DNA from: Felis catus
Taxonomy: Eukaryota
NCBI RefSeq assembly: GCF_018350175.1
Contig: NC_058368.1
Location: forward strand, 162,876,001 to 162,940,000
DNA length: 64,000 nt
Direction: 5' to 3'
The notes under the pieces are model-generated. The model was not told where the DNA came from. It made no database searches and saw only the letters and a list, made by a program, of their open reading frames with translations. Shown piece by piece: positions 39,290-51,528 of the stretch; position 1 is the stretch's first letter; every line of letters starts with the position of its first letter. The position numbers were made by a program, and so were the translations under genes.

Positions 39290-40339
39290 CTAAAAGAAAG
39301 GAGGAGGAGGAGGAGAAAACAGTTAAAAAATAATCAGCTAAAGATAGTACAGAAAATTCATACATTGATGTAATCCCCATGCTCTAAACATATAGCAAAC
39401 ATGGATTTAAATAAAAAGACAACAAAAACTTAAAGGCATGGTAAACATCTTAACAAACCTGAACTTTACGAGAAGTATAAATTTGGGAGTAGGGCTGAAG
39501 CTATAGGCATAATGGAATGATGGAGAAGTTTTGTTCCTATATAGTAATGGCATCTAATCCATGCAAACAGAAGAAAATTGTCTTATTTAGAGCTATTATT
39601 GTATAGCTTCATGGATTTATAGTTTATAGCAAGAGGGATGCTCATAATGACAAGAGAATCTGAGATGTGTTGCCAAGAATTAAATCAAGCCATCCACTGG
39701 TTCTGTAGATGGATGTGCAATATTAACAATCTCACAACAAAGTGGGATTTCAGAGTAGCCATTATGAAAATTGTTTTCTTTTCAATCAAGGATATAGATT
39801 ATATAGAGGCAAGCATGAAGAAGAAAAGGAGGAGGAAGGAGAAGAAGAAATATAGTTAGAAAATAACCGTATGAAGGTAGCACAATAAATGCTTACATTG
39901 ATGTAATCTTCACTGCTCCAAACATAGAGGTGCTAGATTTAAATAGGAATATAGCAAGAGAAATATAAAGCAAAACACAAGTCCATTTAACATCAGATTA
40001 AATTTATATCACTGAAGGGTCTGTGAGAGACTTGGAAATAAATAGTTTTAGGATACTCAAAAAGATAAATGATAGTGTAACGTCCATAAAAATGAAGAAG
40101 AAATAAAAGAATAAAGGAAGGAAATAAGAGCAGATGAATATAAAAATAAGAAGCCCAGGCATTTATAAATATAATTATTAAAATAAAAACTCAAATCTCA
40201 GACCAGAGACATTTCATAAGTGAATAAATTGGAAGAGAGGACTGTGTTATTCATCTACCATATAATAAAAAAAAGAGTAAAAGAAAAATAACCAAGATAA
40301 CTAGCTAAAAGGCAATGAGTACAATGGAGAAGTATGATC

Positions 40340-41720
40340 AAATATGATTACCCAGTTGAACAAGGTCAAATTCAAAAGTAGTAAGTTATGTTGATAGTGT
40401 AGTACCCTTGATATGATTTGATGAAAATGGCACTTTACTTCTGTGAGCTTCCTTCTAAAACCTATAAACCCTGTCTAATCACAAGGAAACAAATTGGGCA
40501 ATTCCCTGTTAAGGAACATTCTAAAAAATACCTGACCAGCACTCCTCAAAACTATCAAAGTCATAAAAAAAGACAATGGAAGACTGAGCAGCTGTCAAAC
40601 TCAACAGAAACCTAAAGAAACACATGACAACTAAATATCATGTATTGTGAAAGAGATCCTGGAATAGAAAACAAAAACAAAAACAAAAACTTTATGTAAA
40701 AGCTAATGAAATCCAAATAAAATGTTGACTTTAGTTAGTATTGATATTGGTTCATTAATTATAGCAAATCTACCATACTAATGTAAGATGTTAATAAAAG
40801 GGGGAAACAGGTGTGCAGTGTATGGGAGTTAGCCCTCTGTACTATTTCCATTTTTTTTTAATTTAAAACCGATCAGAAAGCAACTTAAAAAAAAAAAGCA
40901 CAGTGGGAACAGAATAAAAGGCTCTTAAAAATGTTTTACAGCAGTTATGAGAAATATAATGGAATGAATGCCAGAGAAATAATACATGAAAAGTTGCAAC
41001 TGAGAATGAGAAATTTCCATCATTAAAAAATATTATTCCTAGGAATAAAAGTATACTCCAACTACTGAGAATGATTAAAAATAAATACTTACATCTATCC
41101 TTACACATACAGAAGGTAAGGAAAATTCATAACATTAAGAATAAAGCAAAAATTGTAAAAGCTGCCAAAAAGCATGTTACTTGCAAAAGAATGATAACTA
41201 TAGCTAATTTATAAAATTATAAAATTAATAATCTAGACTGGATATGTACACACACACTCACTACTGAAAAGTGGGGGTAGCAAACTGTCAGTGGTTGGTT
41301 AAAATCTCCTAAACAAACCAAAGGCAGATAAAATAAAATTTCAAAAAATGAGTCCATTAAGACAGGATAGGATAGTAGGGGGAGAAAGAAGCAAAACAGA
41401 AGAATAATAAACTAAAAAATATAAATGGAAGTTACCTAAAATATCAGAATCCACGATAATAGTAAATGGATAAAACTTAACTATTAAAAAGACAGATTGG
41501 ATATTTTTAAAGGAAAGTCTGAAAATAAAGTAGTAAAAAAAAGTACACCATGAAATGTAGCTCCTAAACATGTATATATCTAATAACATCGTATAAAATA
41601 AATTATGGAAAAATGCCCAGATTTTAAGAAAATTAAAAATCCATAAAGTATTTTGATTCAGCTTTCTCATAAAGACGTAGCTTACAACACTATTAAAGAT
41701 ATGGAAAATATTAATCGATG
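40340..41720 (+). mobile_element. Old L1 fragments (L1MC-type 3' end, then ORF1/EN-like piece)
   Basis: GATGAAAATGGCACTTTACTTCTGTG; ATATTGGTTCATTAATT...CCATACTAATGTAAGATGTTAATAA; GTAAATGGATAAAAC. Confidence 0.6.
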
Positions 41721-42529
41721 TGAACGGTTATTTAAAGAGAAACAAAATCATACAATTAGAAATGAAAAGTCTTTTCTGGCTTAAGTAAAAATGCAAGAAT
41801 CATCATTTAAAAATACATAGAACAGAAAAAACAATGAAAATCATACCTAATAATTATACTACCATGTTAAGGTTGTTAGGAAAATTAAATAAGTCAGTAA
41901 TTACTTCGAACAAAGTAAACATATGAGTGTTTGATAAAAGGTAGAGATTTACAAACAAATTCATTTATTAGAAAGCAAAAGGTACGAATAGAATGGAGGC
42001 AGTATTTATCAAGAAAAGTGTGGGAACTGGAACTGAATCGGGAGACTTCAGAGGATGAGAAGTACTCCTGCAGGTAAGGAAGTCAGTAAGAAGTAAACCA
42101 CATTTTACCCCAGAATCTTAGAAATTAAGGGCAGTAGGTACCACTAAAAGCAGGAGTGAGATAAAGGTAAAAACAAGGGGAATGGATTGCAGTCTATATA
42201 AAATGTTTGATTCCCAAGTCCTCTCCCCATCCCCATCCCCATGCCATATAACTGACCGGCAAAAGACTTGGTTTATTCAGCTTGAACCCAACAACTGTAG
42301 ATTTAAGAAAAGGAAGCATATTTGTGAGCAGAAAACTGAGTCCTTAACTCAGCCAGGAAAATATTGGCTGTCAGGCTTATTGCCCTAGGCAATAGGAAAA
42401 TCCTGGGCACAGGGAGTTCAACAATTAAAGGGCTAGGTCTTTGAAGGCTACCCCAAGAGGAAACAAAACAGTTGAAAATTCAAACAACGCACAGAACTTC
42501 CAACCATCTTTTTATGTACATATTTCATT

Positions 42530-43370
42530 GGTGTACAGAAAAGTACACAAATCACAATACATACTGATGACTTTTCAAAGTGAACATTCCTATGAAAATA
42601 CCACTCAAATCAAAAATTAAAAATTGCCAGAAGATTAGATGCTCTTTCATGTACTCATAGGATTTTCTAAAATATGGATCATAAAGTATGTATGCATTAG
42701 GGCTTCTTTTGTTTTTTGGTATGATGTTTAGAAAATTCACCCATGGTTTTATATACAACAATCGATGGTGCCTTCTCACTGCTGAATAGCATTCTAGAAT
42801 ACACATACACAACTGGTTCACTATGATATTGTGAATTGTAATGTACTTTAGAAATTCATGTATATGTCCCTTTGTAAACATTTGCATTTCTTCTAGGTAT
42901 ATTCTTAAGAGAAGAACTTATGTTTGGTATGTAACCAGGAGTGGAATTTCTGAATGAGGGAATATGTATATGTTCAGATTTTCATGATATTGCCAAACAG
43001 ATTTATAAAATGCTTAAATCAATTTACATTTTCACCAGTAGTGGATGAAATGCCAAATGCTGTAAGTCTGTGACAACATGTATTTCCCTTTTTCATTTTA
43101 GCCATTCTGGTGAAAGAGTAATAGTATTGCATTGTGGTTTTAATATGCATTTCCCCAAAAACCAATGAAGGTGAACCCACTTTCATATGAATATTGGCCA
43201 ATAGATATCATCTTCTATAGAACAGCTTCTCAAGTCTTTTGTCCATTTTTATTGTATTATCTGCCTTACTGTTGATGGAAATTTTTACATATTCTTTGTA
43301 GAGTAAAATCTTTGTAGAGTATTTCTATTGAAAAGATTGTCTGCTTTCATTTTTACTCTTTATCCTGACA
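42530..43370 (-). mobile_element. Old L1 3' fragment
   Basis: AATTTACATTTTCACCAG; TTTTAGCCATTCTGGTG; ORF 43019-43201 resembles the ORF2 C-terminus. Confidence 0.75.
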
Positions 43371-45587
43371 TTTATGTTCCCCTAGAGTGGTGCCCACATT
43401 CACTACCTAACTAGCTTACACTGTGCCCTGGCCACCCAGACTTTGATGGATCTGCCCTTCCCAGTCACATTTGCCTCAGTCTCAGTCCTGCAGGTCGCTC
43501 CCCTAGAACACCAGGTATTCTGGCTCATACGTTTTAAGGGCTTCAGTTCTGGTGGTGGCAGTGGGCCCTAGGGAAGACTGAGATGCACCTTGTTAAAACT
43601 GTGTGCCTCATGGCCGGGGAGTGAAGAGTGCCCACAACAGGTAGAGAGAGAAACTGCAGATGACTACAATAAAGGAAAAAGTAGCCAGGACACAACAGCT
43701 GGACACATGCAACACACACTGAGACACCTTGAAGTGCCAGGTTCTGGTGAACAGAGAGTACTACACTGCAGAGTACTAGAGGATCACTTCTTTATAAGGC
43801 CATTACTCTCAAGATCAGGAGACATAGCTGATCTATCTCCCTATCACACAGAAACAGACATAGAAAGTTAGACAAAATGAGGAGACAGAGTAATATGTCC
43901 CAAATGAAAGAACAGGACAAAAAAAACCATTTCAAGAGTGAAATGAATGTAAGTAATATGCCTCATAGAGAATTTAAAGTAATGATCATAGAGATACTCA
44001 GCGAACTTGAGAAAAGAGGGAGAGTACCAGTAAGACCCTTAAAAAAGAGATAAGAGAATATAAAAAAGAACCAACCAGAGATGAAGAACACAACAAATGA
44101 AATTAAAAATATACTAGATGGAATAAATAGCAGGCTACAGGAAGTGGAGGAACAAATTAGAGACTTGGAGGACAGGGTAATGGAAAGCAATCAAACTGAG
44201 CAAGTAAGGGGGAAAAAAGTATGCAAAATGAGAATACACTTAGGGAACTCAGGGATGCCATCAAGCGTAACAACATTCACATTATATGGTTATCAGAAGA
44301 AACAATAGTTGAATATCCCCTAATCTGGGGGAGGAATCAGACATCCAGAACCAGGAGGCACAGAGATCCCCCAACAAAATTAACCCAAGGAGGTTCATAT
44401 CAAGACACAGTAATTAAAATGGCAAGAAACAGTAATAAAGAGAGAATTTTAAAAGCAGCAAGAGAAATGAAGACAGTTACAAGGAAAACACCATAAGATT
44501 ATCAGTAGATTTTTCAGCAGAAACTTTGCAGGCCAGAAAGAATGACATGAAAGGAAAAAAATCTACAGCCAAGAATACTCTATCCAGAAACACTAACATT
44601 CAGAATAGAAGGAGAGATATTAACCAAACCACTAAACCAGCCCTAAAAAAAAATTGTTAACGGGGACTCTGTGAGGGAAAACAAAAACCACAAGTGAAAA
44701 TAGGCACAAAAGCAGTGAAAATATGTGTATCTCTAAAAATCAGTCAAGGAACTCACAAAATAAAAGGATGTAAACTATAACACCATATACCAAAACTGTG
44801 GGGCCGGGAGGAGTAGAGAATAGATTCAAACTTAAGTGACCATCAACCTAATATAGACTGTTATATGCAGATGTTATATACAAACCTAAGGTAATTAATA
44901 ATCAAAAACAACTGATAAATATGTAAAAAATAAAGAGAATCCAAGTATATTATTAAAGAAAGCCAGGAAAATGTGAGAGAAGAGAGGAAGAAAAGAAATG
45001 ATCAGATAAGAACTTCAAAAACAACCACAAAACAAGTAATAAAATGGCAATAAATACATACCTATCAATAATTACTTTGAATGTAAATGGACTAAATGCC
45101 CCAATCAAAAGACATAGGGTGACAGAGTGGATAAAAAACGAGACCCATCTATATGCTGCCTACAAGAGACTCATTCCAGATGTAAAGACACCTGCAGATT
45201 AAATATGAGGGGATGGGAACTATTTACTATGAAAATGGATATGAAAAGAAAACCAGGGTGGCAATCCTTTTTTTGGACAAAGTAGACTTTAGAACAAAGA
45301 CTATAACAAGAGAAAAACAAGGAAACCATGTAATAATGAAGAGATCAGTCCAATAAGAAGATATAACAATTGTAAATATTTGTGCATCCAACATGGGAGC
45401 ACCCAAATAAATACATAAAATAGTCAATAACAAACATACAGGAAATAAGCAATAGTAATACAATAATAGTAGGGGACTTTAACACCCCACTTACATCAAT
45501 GGACAGACATACAAACATAAATTCAACAAGGTAGCAATGGTTTTGAATAACACACTGGGCCAGATGGATTTAACAGATAAATTCAGA

Positions 45588-48500
45588 TACATTGGATCAG
45601 ATGGACTTGACAGATATATATTCCAGTGCACATGGAACATTCTCCAAGATAGATCACATACTGGGTCACAAAACAGCCTTCATAAGTATACAAGAATTGA
45701 AATTATACCATGCATACTTTCAGACCACAATGCTATGAAGCTTGAAATCAACCACAGGAAAAAGTCTGGAAAACTTCCAAAAGCATGGAGGTTAAAGAAG
45801 ACCCTACTAAAGAATGAATGGGTCAATCAGGCAATTAGAGAAGAAATTTAAAAATATATGGAAACAAATGAAAATGAAAATACAACAATCCAAATGCTTT
45901 GGGATGCAGCGAAGGCAGTCCTGAGAGGAAAATACATTGCAATCCAGGCCTATCTCAAGAAACAAGAAAAATCCCAAATACAAAATCTAACAGCACACCT
46001 AAAGGAACTAAAAGCAGAACAGCAAAGGCAGCCGAAATCCAGCAGAAGAAGAGAAATAATACAGATCAGAGCAGAAATAAACAATATAGAATCTAAAAAA
46101 ACTGTAGAGCAGATCAACGAAACCAAGAGTTGGTTTTTTTGAAAAAATAAACAAAATTGACAAACCTCTAGCCAGGCTTCTCAAAAAGAAAAGGGAGATG
46201 ACCCAAATAGATAAAATCATGAATGAAAATGGAATTATTACAACCAATCCCTCAGAGATACAAGCATTATCAGGGAATAATATGAAAAATTATATGCCAA
46301 CAAACTGGACAACCTGGAAGAAATGGACAAATTCCTAAACACCCACACACTTCCAAAACTCAATCAGGAGGAAATAGAAAGCTTGAACAGACCCATAACC
46401 AGCGAAGAAATTGAATCAGTCATGAAAAATCTCCCAACAAATAAGAGTCCAGGACCAGATGGCTTCCCAGGGGAGTTCTACCAGACGTTTAAGCAGAGAT
46501 AATACCTATCCTTCTCAAGCTATTCCAAAAAATAGAAAGGGAAGGAAAACTTCCAGACTCATTCTATGAAGCCAGTATTACTTTGATTCCTAAACCAGAC
46601 AGAGACCCAGTAAAAAAAGAGAACTACAGGTGAATATCCCTGATGAACATGGATGCAAAAATTTTCAATAAGATACTAGCAAATCGAATTCAACAGCATA
46701 TAAAAAGAATTATTCACCATGATCAAGTGGGATGCATTCCTGGGATGCAGGGCTGGTTCAACATTCGCAAATCAATCAACATGATACATCACATTAATAA
46801 AAAAAAAGAGAAGAACCATATGATCCTGTCAATCGATGCAGAAAAGGCCTTTGACAAAATCCAGCACCCTTTCTTAATAAAACCCCTTGAGAAAGTCGGG
46901 ATAGAAGGAACATACTTAAAGATCATAAAAGCCATTTATGAAAAGCCCACAGCTAACATCATCCTCAACGGGGAAAAACTGAGAGCTTTTTCCCTGAGAT
47001 CAGGAACACAACAGGGATGCCCACCCTCACCGCTGTTGTTTAACATAGTGTTGGAAGTTCTAGCATCAGCAATCAAACAACAAAAGGAAATCAAAGGCAT
47101 CCAAATTGGCAAAGATGAAGTCAAGCTTTCGCTTTTTGCAGATGACATGATATTATACATGGAAAATCCGATAGACTCCACCAGAAGTCTGCTAGAACTG
47201 ATACATGAATTCAGCAAAGTTGCAGGATACAAAATCAATGTACAGAAATCAGTTGCATTCTTATACACTAATAATGAAGCAAAGAAAGGCAAATAAAGAA
47301 ACTAATCCCATTCACAATTGCACCAAGAAGCATAAAATACCTAGGGATAAATCTAACCAAAAATGTAAAAGATCTGTATGCTGAAAACTATAGAAAGCTT
47401 AGGAAGGTAATTGAAGAAGGTATAAAGAAATGGAAAAACATTCCGTGCTCATGGATTGGAAGAAGAAATATTGCCAAAATGTCAATACTACCCAAATCTA
47501 TCTACACATTCAATGCAATCCCAATCAAAATTGCACCAGCATTCTTCTCAAAGCTAGAACAAGCAGTCCTAAAATTCATATGGAACCACAAAAGGCCCCA
47601 AATAGCTAAAGTAATTTTGAAGAAGATGACCAAAGGAGGAGGCATCACAATTCCAGACTTTAGCCTCTACTACAAAGCTATAATCCTCAAGACAGCATGG
47701 TATTGGCACAAAAACAGACACATAGACCAATGGAATAGAATAGAAACCCCAGAACTAGACCCACAAACGTATGGCCAACTAGTCTTTGACAAAGCAGGAA
47801 AGAATATCCAATGGAAAAAAGACAGTCCCTTTAACAAATGGTGCTGGGAGAATTAGACAGCAACATGCAGAAGATTGAAACTAGACCACTTTCTCACACC
47901 ATTCACAAAAATAAACTCAAAATGGATAAAGGACCTGAATGTGAGACAGGAAACCATTAAAACCCGAGAGGAGTGAGCAGGAAAAGACCTCTCTGACCTC
48001 AGTTGTAGCAATTTCTAACTTGACACATCCCCAAAGGCAAGGGAATTAAAAGCAAAAATGAACTACTGGGACCTTATGAAGATAAAAAGCTTCTGCACAG
48101 CAAAGGAAACAACCAACAAAACTAAAAGGCAACCAACGGAATGGGAAAAGATATTTGCAAATGACATATCAGACAAAGGGCTAGTATCCAAAATCTATAA
48201 AGAGCTCACCAAACTCCACACCTGAAAAACAAATAACCCAATGAAGAAATGAGGAGAAAACATGAATAGACACTTCTCTAAAGAAGACATCCGGATGGCC
48301 AACAGGCACATGAAAAGATGTTCAGCGACACTCCTTATCAGGGAAACACAAATCAAAACCACACTCAGATATCACCTCACACCAGTCAGAGTGGACAAAA
48401 TGAACAAATCAGGAGACTATAGATGCTGGAGAGGATGTGGAGAAACGGGAACCCTCTTGCACTGTTGGTGGGAATGCAAATTGGTACAGCCACTCTGGAA

Positions 48501-49092
48501 AAGTGTGGAGGTTCTTCAGAAAATTAAAAATAGACCTACCCTATGACCCAGCAATAGTACTGCTAGGAATTTACCCAAGGGATACAGGAGTACTGATGCA
48601 TAGGGCCACTTGTACCCCAATGTTTATAGCAGCACTCTCAACAATAGCCAAATTATGGAAAGAGCCTAAATGTCCATCAACTGATGAATGGATAAAGAAA
48701 TTGTGGTTTATATACACAATGGAGTACTACGTGGCAATGAGAAAGAATGAAATATGGCCCTTTGTAGCAACATGGATGGAACTAGAGAGTGTTATGCTAA
48801 GTGAAATAAGCCATACAGAGTAAGACAGATACCATATGGTTTCACTCTTATGTGGATCCTGAGAAGCTTAACAGAAACCCATGGGGGAGGGGAAGGAAAA
48901 AAAAAAAGAGGTTAGAGTGGGAGAGAGCCAAAGCCTAAGAGACTCTTAAAAACTGAGAACAAACTGAGGGTTGATGGGGGATGGGAGGGAGAGGAGGGTG
49001 GGTGATGGGTATTGAGGAGGGCACCTGTTGGGATGAGCACTGGGTGTTGTATGGAAACCAATTTGACAATAAACTTCATATATTGAAAAAAA
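45588..49092 (+). mobile_element. Young feline L1 (L1_Fc-like), 5'-truncated, 3.5 kb, ORF2 disrupted
   Basis: RT peptide 46643-47296 with QGCP.SP.LF and LFADD; G-rich 3'UTR, AATAAA, A-tail; 16-bp TSD AACAGATA(A/C)ATTCAGA at 45572 and 49093. Confidence 0.95.
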
Positions 49093-49620
49093 AACAGATA
49101 CATTCAGAACATTCCATCCTAAAACAGCATCATACACATTGTTTTCAGGTGCACATGGAACATTCAAGTGCACATGAATAAATCACATAGTAGGCCACAA
49201 AACAAGTCTCAACAAATTAAAAAAGATATGTCATAATATGTATCTTTCTGACCACAATACTATAAAACAAGAAGTAAACCATAAGAAAAAGTCTGGAAAG
49301 ACCACAAATACATGGAGGTTAAATAACATACTACTACTAAACAATGAATGGGTCAACCAAAAAAATCAAAGAGGAAACCAAAAATTACATGGCAAAAAAC
49401 AAAAAGGAAAATGCAGCAGTCCAAAATCTTTGGGAGGCAGCAAAAGTGCTTCTAAGAGGAAAGTTTTTAGCAATACAGATCTACTTCAAGAAGCAAGAAA
49501 AATCTCAAATTAACCACCTAATCTTACACCTAAAGGAGATAGAAAACAACAACAACAAACAAACAAAACCCCAAACCAGCAGAAGGAAGGCAATAATAAA
49601 GATCAGAACAGAAATAAGTG

Positions 49621-49625
<5 letters not shown>

Positions 49626-49675
<50 letters not shown>

Positions 49676-49680
49676 CAGAG
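49626..49680. repeat. (GA)n microsatellite inside L1 ORF2
   Basis: Directly visible. Confidence 0.95.
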
Positions 49681-51336
49681 AAGATAACAAAATTAATAAA
49701 CCTCTAGCCAGACTCATAAAAAAAAGAATCAAATAAAATCATAAATAAAAGAGGAAAATAACAAATGACAGACACCACAGAAATACAAAGTATTATAATA
49801 GAATATTATGAAAAATTACATGCCAACAAATCTGATGACTTAAAAGAAATGGATAAATTCCTAGAAACATATAACCTACCAAAACTGAAACAAGAAGATA
49901 TATAAAGCTTGAAAGACTAATTACCAACAATGAAATCCAATAAGTAATTAAAAAACTCCCACAAACAAAACTTTGCAAACGCAGAAAGAAACCCAAAACC
50001 AGAGGGCTCCACAGGTGAATTCTACCAAACATTAAAAGAAGAGTGAATACCTATTCTTCTTAAACTTTTCCAAACAATAGAAGAGGAAGGAAAACCCAAA
50101 TTCATTCTATGAGGCCAGAATTACCCTGATACCAAAACCAGATAAAGACACGACTAAAGAAAAGAATAATAGGTCAATATCTCTGATGAACATAGATGCA
50201 AAAAATCCTGAACAAAATATTGCCAAACAATTCAACAATACATTGAAAAATAACTAACCACAATCAAGTGGTAATTATTGTCAGAATGCAAAGGTGGTTC
50301 AATATTCACAATTTAATCAATGTGATGCATCACATCAATAAGAGAATAAAAACCATATGATCATTTCAACAAATGCAGGAAAGCATCTTACAGAGTATAA
50401 CATTTATCCATGATAAAAACTCTCAACAAAGTAGGTTTAGAGGGAATATATCTCAACATAATAAAGGCCTTATATGAGAAAACTCACAGCTAACATCATC
50501 CGCAGTGGGAAAAACAGAGCTTTTCCCCCAAAGTCAGGAAAAAGATAAGGATGTCTACTCTCACCACTTTATTCAACATAGTACTAGAAGTCCTAACCAC
50601 AGCAATCAGACAACAAACAGAAACAAAAGGCATTCAAATTAGTAAAGAAGAAGTAAAATTTTCACTATATGCAGATTACATGATGCTACCTATAGAAAAC
50701 TTTAAAGACCATCAAAAAAGCTACTAGAATGATAAATGAATTCAGGAAAGTCACAGGAGACAAAATTAATATACAGAAATCTGTTGCATTTCTATACACT
50801 AAGAATGTAGCAGTAGAGAGAAAAAATTAGAAAACAATGTCATTTACAACTGCACCAAAAATAATAAAATACCTAAGAATAAACTTAACCAAAGAGGTGA
50901 AAGATCTGTAACGTGAAAACTATAAAACACTGATGTAGGAAATTGAAGATGACACACAAAAATGGAAAGACATACCATGCTCATTGATCAGAAGAAAAAA
51001 AATTTTTTAAATGTCTATACTACCCAAAGCAACCTATGCATTTAATGCAATCCCTGTCAAAACACCAACATCATTTTTCACAGAGGTAGAACAATCCTAA
51101 AATTTGTATGAAACCACAAAAAATCCCAAATAGCCAAAGCAATGCTGAAAAAGAAAAGCAAAGCTGGAGGCATCACAATTCCTGACTTCAAGTTATATTA
51201 CAAAGTTCTAGTGATCAAAATACTATGTTACTAGTACAAAATAGATCAATAGAACATAATATAAAACCCAGAAATAAACCCAAAACTATATGGTCAATTA
51301 ATCTTCAACAAAGCAGGAAACAATATGCAATGGGAA

Positions 51337-51528
51337 GGGGGTGCTTGGGTGGCTCCATTGGTTGAGCGTCGGACTTTGGCTCAGGTCATGATCTCACAGT
51401 TCATGAATTTGAGCCCCACATCAGGCTCGCTGCTGTCAGCACAGAGCCCACTTGGATCCTCTGTCTCCCTCTCTCTCCACCCCTACCCTGTTCGCTCCTT
51501 CTCTCAAAAATAAATAAAACATTAAAAA
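51337..51528 (+). mobile_element. CanSINE inside L1
   Basis: Head GGGGTGCTTGGGTGGCTC; degenerate TSD AATATGCAATGGGAA / AATACACAATGAGGAA. Confidence 0.92.

Noticed and set aside
39109..39333. Plus-strand 74-aa ORF overlapping the exon
   Set aside because: Antisense shadow of the real exon, with no independent support.
39290..39380. N-terminal part of ORF 39090..39380 (MGITS...SSSSFLL) as coding
   Set aside because: It is the intronic polypyrimidine tract upstream of the acceptor; homology starts at 39289.
46643..47296. 217-aa reverse transcriptase ORF as a novel RT system
   Set aside because: Ordinary L1 ORF2 fragment within a truncated element that has stops and frameshifts on both sides.
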